Shown: piece by piece, positions 18,637-28,855 of the stretch
Layout of the letters: every line of letters starts with the position of its first letter
Numbering within the stretch: position 1 is the stretch's first letter
Assembly (NCBI GenBank): GCA_965213875.1
Contig: CBDCAN010000028.1
Span: 28,706-92,705 of the forward strand
Length of the DNA stretch: 64,000 nucleotides
Origin: Tunicatimonas sp.
GTDB lineage: Bacteria; Bacteroidota; Bacteroidia; Cytophagales; Cyclobacteriaceae
Reading direction: 5' to 3'
Made by a program: the position numbers and the translations under genes
Notes under the pieces: model-generated
Seen by the model: only the letters and a program-made list of their open reading frames with translations
What the model was told of the DNA's origin: nothing
Databases searched by the model: none

Positions 18637-18655
18637 CGTGTTACGTACGTTAGTG

Positions 18656-19705
18656 TTACCAATTGATTTTACTGATTCGCCCGTCGCTACCCGCCGCCCA
18701 GCCTACCTCATGGTTCGGAGCGAACCGCACGGTGTGGTAGCCCACAGTATCCAGCACCCCGTACCAAGTGTGCCCCAGGTCGGTAGAGCATTCGGCGCCC
18801 GTCGGCCCCACGGTGAGTAGTATTTCTGCACCAGCATGGTACGCCACCGCCGAGCGATAACCCGCAGGAAAGGTTTTAGATCGATGCCAGGTAGCGCCGC
18901 CATCATCGGTGAAGCTGGCGGTGCTCTCTGCCGCTGACGGTTGCTGGTAGTCACCGCCCACAATTACTCCGCGCAGGGTGTCGGCAAATACGATGGAGAA
19001 GATGCCCTGAGAGGGTTCGCCCTGCGGCATCGGCGTGGTGGCTACCTGCCAGTGCGCCCCGCGGTCTGAGGAACGAAACACCCGGGCCTGTGCTCCGCCG
19101 GTAGCCAGCCAAACGTGGCGATCTTCTACGGTGGCCATACCGGTGCCGCTGGCAGCGAACCCCGCTTCCCCGGCCACGGGCGGCGGCATATGATCCACGG
19201 ACAGAGGTTGCCAAGTCTGCCCGCCGTTGTTGGTAGCAATCAGCACGAAGTGCCCGTCGACAGGATCACTCATGGCGATGCCGTGCTGATGATCCCAGAA
19301 GGTGAGTACGTCGAAGAAGATGCCGGGAGTACGGTTTTCGTAGCGTAGCTGCCAACTGGCACCGCCGTCGGTGGTGTGGTAGAGCAGCGCCGGTTCGCCC
19401 GCACTGAGCACGAAGGCTTCGTCCGCACTAAAGGCTTCTATATCGCGAAAGTCTACCGAATCGGTGTCAGGAATTGAGCGTTTCTCCCAGGTGGTGCCAC
19501 CGTCGACCGTACGCAGGCAGGTGCCCTCCGCACCGCTGGCCCAGGCCACCTGATCATCAACGACACTGAGCCCGCGTAAGCTGGCAGTCACCGGCGTGGT
19601 TTGTGGGGTCCACTGAAGGTCAACGGTAAAGTGATTGACGAAAGTAATACTAAAGAGTGTCAGAAAGATGAAAAACCCAGGGAGCATCATAAAAGAACCA
19701 ATCAT
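18656..19705 (-). CDS. BNR/Ycf48-like beta-propeller protein
   Basis: Repeated Asp-boxes (RTVDGGTTW, HTTDGGASW, RSSDRGAHW, FTDDGGATW); FAASGT. Confidence 0.88.
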   Translation of the reverse strand: MIGSFMMLPGFFIFLTLFSITFVNHFTVDLQWTPQTTPVTASLRGLSVVDDQVAWASGAEGTCLRTVDGGTTWEKRSIPDTDSVDFRDIEAFSADEAFVLSAGEPALLYHTTDGGASWQLRYENRTPGIFFDVLTFWDHQHGIAMSDPVDGHFVLIATNNGGQTWQPLSVDHMPPPVAGEAGFAASGTGMATVEDRHVWLATGGAQARVFRSSDRGAHWQVATTPMPQGEPSQGIFSIVFADTLRGVIVGGDYQQPSAAESTASFTDDGGATWHRSKTFPAGYRSAVAYHAGAEILLTVGPTGAECSTDLGHTWYGVLDTVGYHTVRFAPNHEVGWAAGSDGRISKINW

Positions 19706-19712
19706 TTAGTTA

Positions 19713-19928
19713 TCAGGCGGCAGTTCCTTGAACGACGATCTTAATATCAAGGCTAGCCAGTAACACCTCCAGTTCTTTGAGAAAATCACGACGCATACTT
19801 TCGTATTGCTTCCTCATACTGTCTTCGCCTGATTCCTTTTTATGAAAAAGAATCATGCTATTCAAACGGTCTATTTGCTCCAGAATATCTGACACTCGGA
19901 CCGTTTTTTCATCTATCGACTGACTCAT
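19713..19928 (-). CDS. Small helical hypothetical protein
   Basis: 71 aa, AT-rich, coiled-coil-like, co-oriented with neighbours. Confidence 0.65.
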   Translation of the reverse strand: MSQSIDEKTVRVSDILEQIDRLNSMILFHKKESGEDSMRKQYESMRRDFLKELEVLLASLDIKIVVQGTAA

Positions 19929-20073
19929 GTTTTAAACCCTTAAAGTTGATCTCTATAAAACCTTTCTCAAACTTCTTCTTCGCTCTATTCTTCTTCGTTT
20001 CACTGAACCATTCTCGCCAATATACTAAGTCGTAATTGCTTACCCAACGTCGTTCGTGATCAAGGGAATACAT
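19909..20073 (-). CDS. Small basic hypothetical ORF or gene remnant
   Basis: 54 aa from ATG 20073 (MYSLDHERRWVSNYDLVYWREWF...); overlaps the next ORF by 20 nt; AT-rich. Confidence 0.4.
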   Translation of the reverse strand: MYSLDHERRWVSNYDLVYWREWFSETKKNRAKKKFEKGFIEINFKGLKHESVDR

Positions 20074-20139
20074 TTTTACGGCATAGGCATCTACGCAGAG
20101 TATCGCTGAAACGCTACCGGCCGATGTAGCACAAATTAT

Positions 20140-20199
20140 TGTCCGATCACCAGTCAGACTGTACACCACCGGACAGGTAGTGTATCAAAAACGATACAC
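20140..20199. promoter_or_regulatory. Candidate enhancer (UAS) palindromes for a sigma-54 activator
   Basis: TGTACACCACCGGACA (20160-20175), GTGTATC-N6-GATACAC (20180-20199) and a weaker TGTCCG site at 20140, about 75-135 bp upstream of a -24/-12 motif. Confidence 0.55.
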
Positions 20200-20271
20200 T
20201 GTACGCCTGAGCTTAGCGTACAATAAAATGTAAGACTCTAATAACCAACATCTTATGAATTGATCACTAAA

Positions 20272-20288
20272 TTGGTTGCTATCTTGCC
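20272..20288 (+). promoter_or_regulatory. Candidate sigma-54 (-24/-12) promoter of the permease array
   Basis: TTGGTTGCTATCTTGCC: GG(20274-5)-N10-GC(20286-7) with TTGC, 27 nt before ATG 20315. Confidence 0.55.
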
Positions 20289-20314
20289 CAATGAAGGATG
20301 AAAATTGGACAAGC

Positions 20315-22768
20315 ATGCTAAGAACCTACTTCAAATTCGCCTTTCGCACCTTCTGGAAAGACCGTTTCTACGCACTACTCAACGTCGTGGGGCTGGCCAC
20401 GGGCATCGCGGTGAGTATTATTATTCTGCTGTACCTACAGAGCGATCTCACCTACGACCAGCACCACGAAAAGCACGAGCAGATTTATCGCCTGGTCACT
20501 AACGTGAAGGGGCCCGGCGTCGAGTTTCACCCGGCCAAGGCGGCCCGCGAAGTAGCTCCCATGCTGGCCGATGACTATCCCGAGGTGCTCAACTTCGTTA
20601 GGATAGAAGAGATACGGCAAACCCTGGTTACCGTACCCCACGCGGGCGGAGAGCGCTACAACGAAGAACAGTGGGTATACGCCGACTCGTCGATGTTCAG
20701 CGTTTTCACCCACCTCTTTCTGGCGGGCGATCCGGCCACTGCCCTGCGCGATAAGCACAGCGTCGTACTCACGGCGGCGCTGGCGCAAAAGTACTTTGGG
20801 GAGCAGACGGCCCTCGGACAAACGCTGCTATTGCACGAAGAGCAGACGCCCCACACCGTGACCGGAGTGATAGAAGACCTGCCGGACAATACGCACCTCA
20901 CCTTCGACGCCCTAGTTTCGCACGTGCCGCCCCGGCAGTGGTTTAGTGCCGAAGCGGGTGAGTTCGTGTCCGAATCTATCTGGAATCCGGATGTGTATAC
21001 GTACCTGTTGTTTCCCGAGGGATATCAGCCGGAGGCATTCTTTGAGAAGCTGCCGCCCTTCTATGATCAGTACATCAGGCCCTTCGGTGATCAGGTAAGT
21101 GCTCGGCTGTGGTTTTACCTAGAGCCCCTGGCCGACGTTCATTTCTACTCGCAGCAGAGCAGCGACGAAGCGCAGGGGAATATTGCGTACATCTACACAT
21201 TTGCCGGTATCGGTTTGGCCATTCTGTTGCTGGCGTGCATCAACTACATGAATATGGCCACCGCTCGCTCCGGCAGTCGCGGCAAAGAGGTGGGCGTGCG
21301 CAAGGTGCTGGGCTCAAGTCGCCGGTCACTGTTCTTCGCCTTCCTGGGCGAATCGCTGCTGCTGTCGTTGATCGGCTTGGTGCTGGCCCTCGGCTTGGTT
21401 GAGCTAATCCTCGTGGCCACGCCCTTCAACGAGTTGGTTCAGAAAGAGCTGGCGCTCGACTTGTTCCACAACCCTGTGCTGCTGGGCGGCACGTTGGGCA
21501 TCACGCTGGTGGTAGGCATTTTATCGGGAGTGTACCCGGCATTGTACTTACCGGCCGTATCACCCGCCCGGTCGCTCAAGGGGCACGTTCGTTCTTCGGT
21601 CGGCAACCTGCGGCTGCGCAAAGCGCTGGTGACCCTACAGTTTGTGATCTCCATTGCCGTGGTCATCTGCACCTTTCTGATGCGCGACCAACTAGACTTT
21701 ATGCGAAACACCGACCTCGGGTTTGACCAAGAGCACCTGCTGCTCGTCACCGTGCAGGATACCCTGACCGAGCGACAGCTTCCGGTGATCCGTCAGCAAC
21801 TGCAAGCCCACCCGCAGGTGTTGGGGGTGACCACCTCGTACCACGCACCGGGCTTTGATATGGGTCAGGTGGTGATGCGCGTAGAAACCGACTCTACCCC
21901 CATCACCCAGGCGTTCAACGTGCTGAGCGTAGGAGCCGACTACCTGCAAACGATGGATATCGCGTTGACCGCCGGACGAGATTTTCATGCGGACATCTCC
22001 CGGGATACTCGCGCCTCGGCGTTTATCGTCAACGAAGCGGCCGCGCGGCAGTTGGGCTGGTATCAGCCAACCCAACCCAACGCCACGCCCGCCGATGCCC
22101 TGGACAAAGAGATAGGCTACTTCCACGGCGAAGACCTCGGGCGGGTGGTCGGTGTGGTACGAGACTTCAACGTCACCTCGCTACATAACGCCATTGAGCC
22201 CACCGTGCTCATTCCGATAGACGAAGGGAACAGCAGTTATCTTTACTTGCGCCTCAGCGGTAAAAACCTACCGCAGACCATTGCGGACGTGCGCGAGCAA
22301 TGGGCTGAGTACGACCCTGACCATCCCTTTGAGTACACCTTTCTGGATGAGGCGTTCAACGAGCAGTACCAGGCGGACGAGCGGCAAAGCGGCTTGATTA
22401 CGGTGCTGTCGGGCATCTGTCTGCTGATCTCACTGCTGGGTATTCTGGGGCTATCGGCCTACACCGCCGAGCGGCGCACCAAGGAAATCGGAGTACGCAA
22501 GGTACTGGGTGCCAATGTAGCGCAGATCGTCTACCTCCTGTTCAGCGACGTGATGTATTTGATCCTGGTGGCAGGGTTGGTGGCGGCACCGCTGGCCTAC
22601 CTGCTGATGCGCTACTGGGTGCAGGATTTTGCTTACCGGGCCGAACCAAACGCGCTGCTCTACGGACTGGTGGCGATGGCCGCCCTGCTCTTCGCTTTCC
22701 TCACCATGAGCTTCCACTCCCTCAAAACCGCCCGGAGAAATCCGGTAGATTCGTTGAGGAATGAGTAG
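20315..22768 (+). CDS. MacB/FtsX-family ABC transporter permease 1 (duplicated MacB_PCD+FtsX)
   Basis: MLRTYFKFAFR start, ACINYMNMATARS..RGKEVGVRKVLG, second RTKEIGVRKVLGA, C-terminal NPVDSLRNE. Confidence 0.95.
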   Translation: MLRTYFKFAFRTFWKDRFYALLNVVGLATGIAVSIIILLYLQSDLTYDQHHEKHEQIYRLVTNVKGPGVEFHPAKAAREVAPMLADDYPEVLNFVRIEEIRQTLVTVPHAGGERYNEEQWVYADSSMFSVFTHLFLAGDPATALRDKHSVVLTAALAQKYFGEQTALGQTLLLHEEQTPHTVTGVIEDLPDNTHLTFDALVSHVPPRQWFSAEAGEFVSESIWNPDVYTYLLFPEGYQPEAFFEKLPPFYDQYIRPFGDQVSARLWFYLEPLADVHFYSQQSSDEAQGNIAYIYTFAGIGLAILLLACINYMNMATARSGSRGKEVGVRKVLGSSRRSLFFAFLGESLLLSLIGLVLALGLVELILVATPFNELVQKELALDLFHNPVLLGGTLGITLVVGILSGVYPALYLPAVSPARSLKGHVRSSVGNLRLRKALVTLQFVISIAVVICTFLMRDQLDFMRNTDLGFDQEHLLLVTVQDTLTERQLPVIRQQLQAHPQVLGVTTSYHAPGFDMGQVVMRVETDSTPITQAFNVLSVGADYLQTMDIALTAGRDFHADISRDTRASAFIVNEAAARQLGWYQPTQPNATPADALDKEIGYFHGEDLGRVVGVVRDFNVTSLHNAIEPTVLIPIDEGNSSYLYLRLSGKNLPQTIADVREQWAEYDPDHPFEYTFLDEAFNEQYQADERQSGLITVLSGICLLISLLGILGLSAYTAERRTKEIGVRKVLGANVAQIVYLLFSDVMYLILVAGLVAAPLAYLLMRYWVQDFAYRAEPNALLYGLVAMAALLFAFLTMSFHSLKTARRNPVDSLRNE

Positions 22769-22773
22769 TGTTT

Positions 22774-22809
22774 TAATGAGTAATGATCGATGATGAATGA
22801 ATAATGAGT
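22774..22809 (+). repeat. ATGA-rich degenerate short tandem tract after permease 1
   Basis: TAATGAGTAATGATCGATGATGAATGAATAATGAGT; its reverse complement resembles the tracts at 23403-23458 and 28856-28885. Confidence 0.6.
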
Positions 22810-22837
22810 TTTGCTCTTACTGTAAATCTTTCACTCC

Positions 22838-23338
22838 ATGAAAAAGTACTTACTTATCAGCTGCCTTGTAACGGTTTCCTGTGCTGAACCACCTCAAGAA
22901 CCCTATCAGTTACCTGGCAATGCTGCTAGCCTCCTCACAGGCGACTCTACTAAGACTTGGAAGTTGGCTCGTCGCTTCAATGGGGAAACACGCATGAACA
23001 TGGGTGACTGTTTTCTATCCTACCGACAGACGTATCAATCCGACTCGACCATGCATGATAATAATGGAGAGCAGAGCGATTGCGGAGAAACGCTACATGC
23101 CACTTGGCATCTTGTGAGAAACGGAAGCGGCCACTACTATCTAAAACTTATCAGCGATCAATTGTCCGCCTTGATGAATATTGACGAAGATCACAAGTAT
23201 TTTAAGATACTACAGCTATCAAAGGATCAAACGACAGTACGGTTCAAACACCAACAGTTTTCTAATAAAGCTACGTTGATCACTGATGTATACGTACCGG
23301 AAGACGCTTCGGTAGAAGATAGAGATTTTCATTGGTAA
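22838..23338 (+). CDS. Lipoprotein, lipocalin-like, inserted in the permease array
   Basis: Lipobox-like VTVSC; LLTGDSTKTWKL motif typical of Bacteroidota lipocalin-like domains; more AT-rich than the flanking permeases. Confidence 0.75.
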   Translation: MKKYLLISCLVTVSCAEPPQEPYQLPGNAASLLTGDSTKTWKLARRFNGETRMNMGDCFLSYRQTYQSDSTMHDNNGEQSDCGETLHATWHLVRNGSGHYYLKLISDQLSALMNIDEDHKYFKILQLSKDQTTVRFKHQQFSNKATLITDVYVPEDASVEDRDFHW

Positions 23339-23402
23339 AATGTTCTACTGTACTTAGTTCGTAGATTTCTGCTAGCAGCTCGTTCCTTAACCTCTCTTCA
23401 CT

Positions 23403-23458
23403 ACTCATCAATCATTAGCCACTACTCATTCATCATCAGTCATTAGCCATCAATCATT
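23403..23458 (+). repeat. TCAT-rich degenerate tandem tract before permease 2
   Basis: ACTCATCAATCATTAGCCACTACTCATTCATCATCAGTCATTAGCCATCAATCATT, inverted relative to 22774-22809. Confidence 0.6.
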
Positions 23459-25867
23459 ATGCTCAAAAACTACTTCACCACCGCCCTGCGTCAGCTTCGT
23501 AAATACCGTAGTTACGCGCTTATCAACGTCATCGGACTCTCACTGGGGATCACCGGTAGCCTGGTGCTGTTCCTGCTCGTTCGTTTCTGGCTGAGCTTCG
23601 ATACGTATCACGAAAAAGCCGACCAGATTTACCGGGTGGTGAGTACCGAAGTGTACCAGGGCATGATTGACAAGACGGGGGCTGTGCCGAAGCCCCTTTG
23701 TCAACGTGTTCGCCGACGAGTTTCCCGAGGCGGTAGCCAGCACCCCAGTTTTTCACTACGAGAACTACAAATTCGACGGGCTAATTAGTGTGGAGGAAGA
23801 TGGTCCGTCGGCTCGAACGTTTCAGGAGCAGGAGGGCATCGGCTTCTCTACGAGTGCCTTCTTCGGCATGTTCGACCGCCCCCTACTGCTCGGCGATGCG
23901 ATGACGGTGCTGGACGCCCCGTACAGCGTGGTGATTTCTGAACGCTGGGCCGATACGTTCTACGGCACCGACTGGCGTAAGGGAAAAACCGACCTACTCG
24001 CGGAAACCCTATCCATAGACACGCTCGCTAACCTGCGCGTCACCGGAGTGATGGCCGACCATCCGGACAACACCGACCTACCCTTCGATATGTTCATCTC
24101 TCACGTAACCATCGCGGATCAGGGCAACAGCTGGGAAAATCTGAATAGTTACCATCAGTTCTACGTGCTGCTCGATGAAGATACACCACCCGCTACCCTG
24201 GCGGCTCGTTTTCCGGCACTGGTGGATAAGTACCACGATGGTTCAGAAGGAGAAACCATGGAGTATAATCTACAGCCACTGCTGAGCATGCACTACGATA
24301 TGGAAGCAGGTACGTTCGGCGACGATGAAGTGTCACGCGCTACCATCAGCACGCTCATCGTTGTTGCAGTGTTTCTGGTGCTGATTGCCTGCATCAACTT
24401 TATCAACCTCACCACGGCAGTGGCGTCTAAACGCGCCAAGGAGGTAGGCGTGCGCAAGGTACTAGGCGGCACGCAGCGGCAGTTAATACGCCAGTTTCTG
24501 AGCGAAACGACACTAATTACCGTCCTAGCGGTGCTGGTGGCCCTGGGCCTTACCGAACTGGCGGTCATTCAAGTGAACAACTTCCTGGAGCTATCGCTGG
24601 AGTTTGATCTGCTGACCGACCCGGCGTTGATCCTGCTCCTCATCGGCACGGTGGTGGTGGTCAGTGGGCTATCGGGAGCGTATCCGGCCTGGGTGCTGGC
24701 CCGCTTTCGTCCGGCGGAAGCCTTTCAGTCATCGCTGGTGCGCCACAGTGGTAACTTTTCGCTGCGACAGGGGCTGATTATCTTTCAGTTCGTGATTGCC
24801 CAGGCGCTGATTATCGCCACCATTGTGCTGGTGCGTCAGATGCAGTATATTCAGCAGGCCGACCTGGGCTATGACCGTGCCACGGTGGTTACGTTTCGAT
24901 GCCCGGCGATGAGATAGATCGCAAAAAGACCCTACGGGACCAGTTGCGGCAGTTGAGTGCGGTAGAAGAAGCATCTCTGACATTCACCGACCCCACCTCT
25001 GCTTTCATCAATACCTCTAACTTTACCATAGCGGGTCAAGAGAAAGATTACTTCGCCGAGCTGAAGTTCGCCGACCAGCACTACCTCGATGCCTACGGAC
25101 TGCGCCTCCTGGCGGGGCAGGGCCTGAGCGCACGCGATACCATTACCTCGGCAGTGGTGAACCAAGCCCTGTTGAAAGAGATAGGCATCGCCAGCCCCGC
25201 CGAAGCCATTGGTCAGATCGTAGAATTTCAGGGGCGTGATATTCCTATCCAGGGGGTGGTGCAAGACTTCCATACGCAGTCGATGCGTGATAAGATTGCA
25301 CCCGTCATGATGCTTGACTACGCCCGGCCGTGCAACCAGGTCGCGCTGCGATTGCAAACCGCAGATCTCAAGGGTACGCTGGCGACCGTCGAAAGCTTAT
25401 GGAAGCAATCGTACACGGGCTACGACTATGAATATGAGTTCTTGGACGATAAAGTCGCCGACCTGTACCAGCGCGAAGAGCGGCTGTCGTCGGTGCTGGC
25501 TGTGGCGGCGGGTGTCATTATTCTGATCAGTTGCCTGGGCTTGTACGGGCTGGTCACCTTCATGGCCGAGCAGAAGACCAAGGAAATCGGAGTGCGCAAG
25601 GTGCTGGGTGCGTCGGTGCTCAACATCGTAGGGCTGTTTTCCCGAGAGTTTGTCAAGTTGGTGGTGATTGCCTTTGCGGTGGCCGCGCCCCTCGCCTACT
25701 ACGCCACGAACAGCTGGTTGCAGGGCTTCGCTTACAAGATCACGCTGGGCTGGGAAGTATTCGTCGGAGGCATTCTGGCCACGCTTTTAGTCGCCCTGCT
25801 GACGGTCAGCTACCGCTCGCTACGCGCCGCCCGGGCCAATCCGGTCGATTCACTCAGGAGTGAGTAA
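23459..25867 (+). pseudogene. MacB/FtsX permease 2 with two frameshifts (pseudogene or sequencing error)
   Basis: ORFs 23459-, 23667- and 24899- join into one permease (MLKNYF...NPVDSLRSE) with +1 in a CCCC run near 23695 and -1 at TTTCG near 24896. Confidence 0.85.
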
Positions 25868-26000
25868 TGACTAGTGATGAATAATAGATGCCAGGCTCGG
25901 CCCCTCCGTTCGCTATTCAAATTTCGTTGTGGTCAACTGTGGTTCCTGGAAAGGAAGCTCGGTCATTACCCCGCATTACTAATCCTAATAGATTACTATT

Positions 26001-28460
26001 ATGCTTAAAAACCACTTGCACATCGCACTGCGTAACTTCCGCAGGCAAAAGTTTTATACCGGCATTAACATCATTGGGCTAGCCATCGGCTTGTCGAGTA
26101 GCTTGCTCATCGGCTGGTACGTGACTGACGAGCTGAGCTACGATCAGTTTCATCACGAAGTGGACCAGGTATACCGCATCACCACCGGTGGTAGCGATGA
26201 AGCCTATCGCCTGGCCACCACTCCCCCGCCCCTTTACAATGTCGTCAAGAGCGAGATTCCTGAAGTGGAAGCCGTGGCCCGGGCGTTTAGTTGGAACCAC
26301 TCTACCATGCGACTGACCGAAGAAGATGATCCGGGGCAACAAACGGTATTCCGGGAAACCAGTATCTACATCGTAGACCCTGAGTTTTTAGAGGTGCTGG
26401 ATTTCAATATCATCGCGGGCGATGCTGCGTCGGCTCTCAGTAAGCCCGGTTCTATCGTACTCACCAAAGAGACGGCCGAGCGCTACTTTGGTCAGCAGGC
26501 GGTGGCCCAACGTCAGGTAGTAGGCAAAGAAATTGTGTTCGGCGGAAGCCGCTCCATCCGACGGGTGACAGCCATCGTAAACCCTACCGGCCCTACGCAC
26601 TTCCCCTTCGACATGCTGGTCGATACGCAAGGATATGAAGAAATCATGGGTGGTAATGGCTGGAGTTGGAACATCATGTATACCTACGTGAAGGTGAAGC
26701 CAGAAGTACAAGCGGATGCGGCTCGGTTGGCTGCTTTCAGGGAAAAGATCGACCGCATTGCCGAGCGGCATGCCCGGCCCGCACTGGAGGCTAGCAGCTT
26801 CGGACCCGAAGGTTCCTACGTCCCTCGTTACACCCTACAAGCGGTTACCGACATTCATCTTCATTCAGATCTCGAGCGGGAGCATCAGGCCAACGGCAGT
26901 GCAACCACGGTTTACATGCTGGTGCTGGTGGGCCTCTCGATCATCTTGCTGGCCTGCATCAATTTTATGAATCTATCTACGGCGCAGGCGTTCCGCCGGG
27001 CCCGTGAGGTAGGAGTGCGCAAAGTTATGGGCTCGTCGCGTACGAGTCTCGCTATTCAGTTCCTTACCGAATCTACCGTACTAAGCTTAGCGGCCACGCT
27101 ACTCGCATTGGGTACGGTAGAGGTGCTTCGGATACCCTTTAACGCGCTGGTGGGCAAACAACTATCCTTTGATTGGCTGAGCCATCCTCACCTTTTGCTT
27201 TGGACGGGCGGAGGCACCATCGCGGTAGGCCTACTGGCGGGGAGCTATCCGGCATTCTATCTCTCGTCTTTTCGTCCGGCGACTGTACTGCGCGGCAAGC
27301 TCAGCCGCTCGGGTGGACTCGGTGGCTTTCAGAACACACTCATCACTTTCCAGTTTGCCGTATCGATGATCCTACTTATCACAACCGCCATCGTGATACG
27401 TCAGTTGATGTTTGTGCAGTCGCAAGACATTGGTTACGACCGCGAGCACGTGATGGTGATCAACAACGACCGAGAGATTAAAGACCGTTGGAAGGATTTC
27501 AAAGGCAGCGCTCCGTCAGCAATCAGCGGTCGAGGAAGTGAGTTTTGCCACCGGTGTGCCTTCTCAAGAAATGCGCGCCGTGTTATGCGAGGCATTCAGG
27601 TGGAAGGGTCAGCGGGTAGTCGAGGTATGAGATGGCTGCTTGTTGATCAAGATTACCTCTCAACTCTTCGTTTAACAATGGCGACGGGGCGCAACTTCCG
27701 GGAAGATATTGCTTCAGATAGCACCAACGGTTTGATCATCAACGAAGCCGCCGCACGGGTGCTTGCGCTAGAACAACCAGTGGGTAAAACCATCATCAAG
27801 GATCCGGGCGAGTCTAACGAAGAGCGATTACAGATCATTGGGGTGGTTAAAGACTTCAACGTGGCGTCTTTCAACAGTCAGGTGAAACCGATGGTTTTTC
27901 GGTACTATACGCCTAGCTTTCTCACCGATTATATTGTGGTACGGTTTGCAGCGGGTGCCGTACCCGACGGCGTGCAGCAGGTAAGCGATCTATGGCGGCA
28001 GTTTGAGCCGAGTAACCCGCTGGTTTACTCGTTTCTGGATCAGGATTTTGACCAACTTTTCCGGTCAGAGCAGCGTCTGGCCCGAGTGCTAAGCACCTTC
28101 GCCCTACTCGCGGTACTCGTGGCGTGCATCGGACTGTTCGGACTCGCCTCCCTAACGACCGCCCAGCGCACCAAAGAAATAGGGGTGCGCAAAGTACTGG
28201 GGGCTTCGGTGTCACAAATTGTGTACCTGCTATCGCGCCATTTTTTGCGGCTGGTGATCCTGGCTTTCGTCGTGGCCGCTCCTGTTGCCTACTGGATCGC
28301 TGAGCAGTGGCTGCAAAATTTTGCCTATCACATACCAGTAGAACTAAGCGTCTTCGGACTGGCCGGTGGCATTTGTGTGCTCGTCGCCTGGGCGACCGTC
28401 AGCGCACGCTCACTACAAGCCGCCCGCGCCAATCCGGTAGACTCTTTAAGAAATGAATAA
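26001..28460 (+). CDS. MacB/FtsX-family ABC permease 3
   Basis: MLKNHLHIALR, ACINFMNLSTA..RAREVGVRK, RTKEIGVRKVLG, NPVDSLRNE; internal segment at about 27504-27585 appears read in a shifted frame. Confidence 0.93.
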   Translation: MLKNHLHIALRNFRRQKFYTGINIIGLAIGLSSSLLIGWYVTDELSYDQFHHEVDQVYRITTGGSDEAYRLATTPPPLYNVVKSEIPEVEAVARAFSWNHSTMRLTEEDDPGQQTVFRETSIYIVDPEFLEVLDFNIIAGDAASALSKPGSIVLTKETAERYFGQQAVAQRQVVGKEIVFGGSRSIRRVTAIVNPTGPTHFPFDMLVDTQGYEEIMGGNGWSWNIMYTYVKVKPEVQADAARLAAFREKIDRIAERHARPALEASSFGPEGSYVPRYTLQAVTDIHLHSDLEREHQANGSATTVYMLVLVGLSIILLACINFMNLSTAQAFRRAREVGVRKVMGSSRTSLAIQFLTESTVLSLAATLLALGTVEVLRIPFNALVGKQLSFDWLSHPHLLLWTGGGTIAVGLLAGSYPAFYLSSFRPATVLRGKLSRSGGLGGFQNTLITFQFAVSMILLITTAIVIRQLMFVQSQDIGYDREHVMVINNDREIKDRWKDFKGSAPSAISGRGSEFCHRCAFSRNARRVMRGIQVEGSAGSRGMRWLLVDQDYLSTLRLTMATGRNFREDIASDSTNGLIINEAAARVLALEQPVGKTIIKDPGESNEERLQIIGVVKDFNVASFNSQVKPMVFRYYTPSFLTDYIVVRFAAGAVPDGVQQVSDLWRQFEPSNPLVYSFLDQDFDQLFRSEQRLARVLSTFALLAVLVACIGLFGLASLTTAQRTKEIGVRKVLGASVSQIVYLLSRHFLRLVILAFVVAAPVAYWIAEQWLQNFAYHIPVELSVFGLAGGICVLVAWATVSARSLQAARANPVDSLRNE

Positions 28461-28576
28461 TGATTCGTCAGTTTCTCACCCCTAGGCTTCTTCCAGGGCA
28501 TCAGTACAGGGTCTTGCTCCCCGTCTGCTCACCCAAGTCCACCAGTCTGCCTTTGCCCGCGTAATCTAGGTCAGAG

Positions 28577-28715
28577 ATCAATCATTAGCCTCATTAACCA
28601 CTATCAACCATGCTACGAAATTATCTTTCTGTCGGTACCTTGAGGTCACTTAGGCAAACGCAAATTCTACACTGCCGTCAATATTGTGGGTTTGGCGGTC
28701 GGAATGAGTTGCTGT
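28577..28715 (+). pseudogene. Degenerate duplicate of the leader and first ~34 codons of permease 4
   Basis: Matches 28867-28999 (CTCATTAACCACTATCAACCATGCTACGAAATTATCTTTCTGT...GTCGGAATGAGTTGCTGT) with small indels. Confidence 0.85.
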
Positions 28716-28855
28716 AGGCACTAAGCTCATCGAACTCTTTCCTACTTAAAGCAGTGGTCGCTCTGTACTGTTTGTCGGTGCGAAGATTGTAGTAGATGTT
28801 CATCCTGCAAAGATACAAAAACGTAAATAACTGTAAATCAATAGGTAAAAAGTCT
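28716..28855 (-). mobile_element. Probable remnant of an IS5-family-like element (left end and transposase N-terminus)
   Basis: Minus strand reads AGACTTTTTACC..., then a TATCTTTG promoter element, then ATG 28803 giving MNIYYNLRTDK/QYRATTALSRKEFDELS with one frameshift. This resembles the helix-turn-helix start of IS5-type transposases. Confidence 0.5.

Noticed and set aside
20074-20314. ORF-track extensions to 20169 (minus) and 20276 (plus)
   Set aside because: They run through the candidate enhancer and sigma-54 promoter, and paralog N-termini support ATG 20315.
22774-23458. Possible CRISPR array or integron attC sites in the junction tracts
   Set aside because: No constant repeat with unique spacers, no cas or integrase gene, and no attC core sites recognised.
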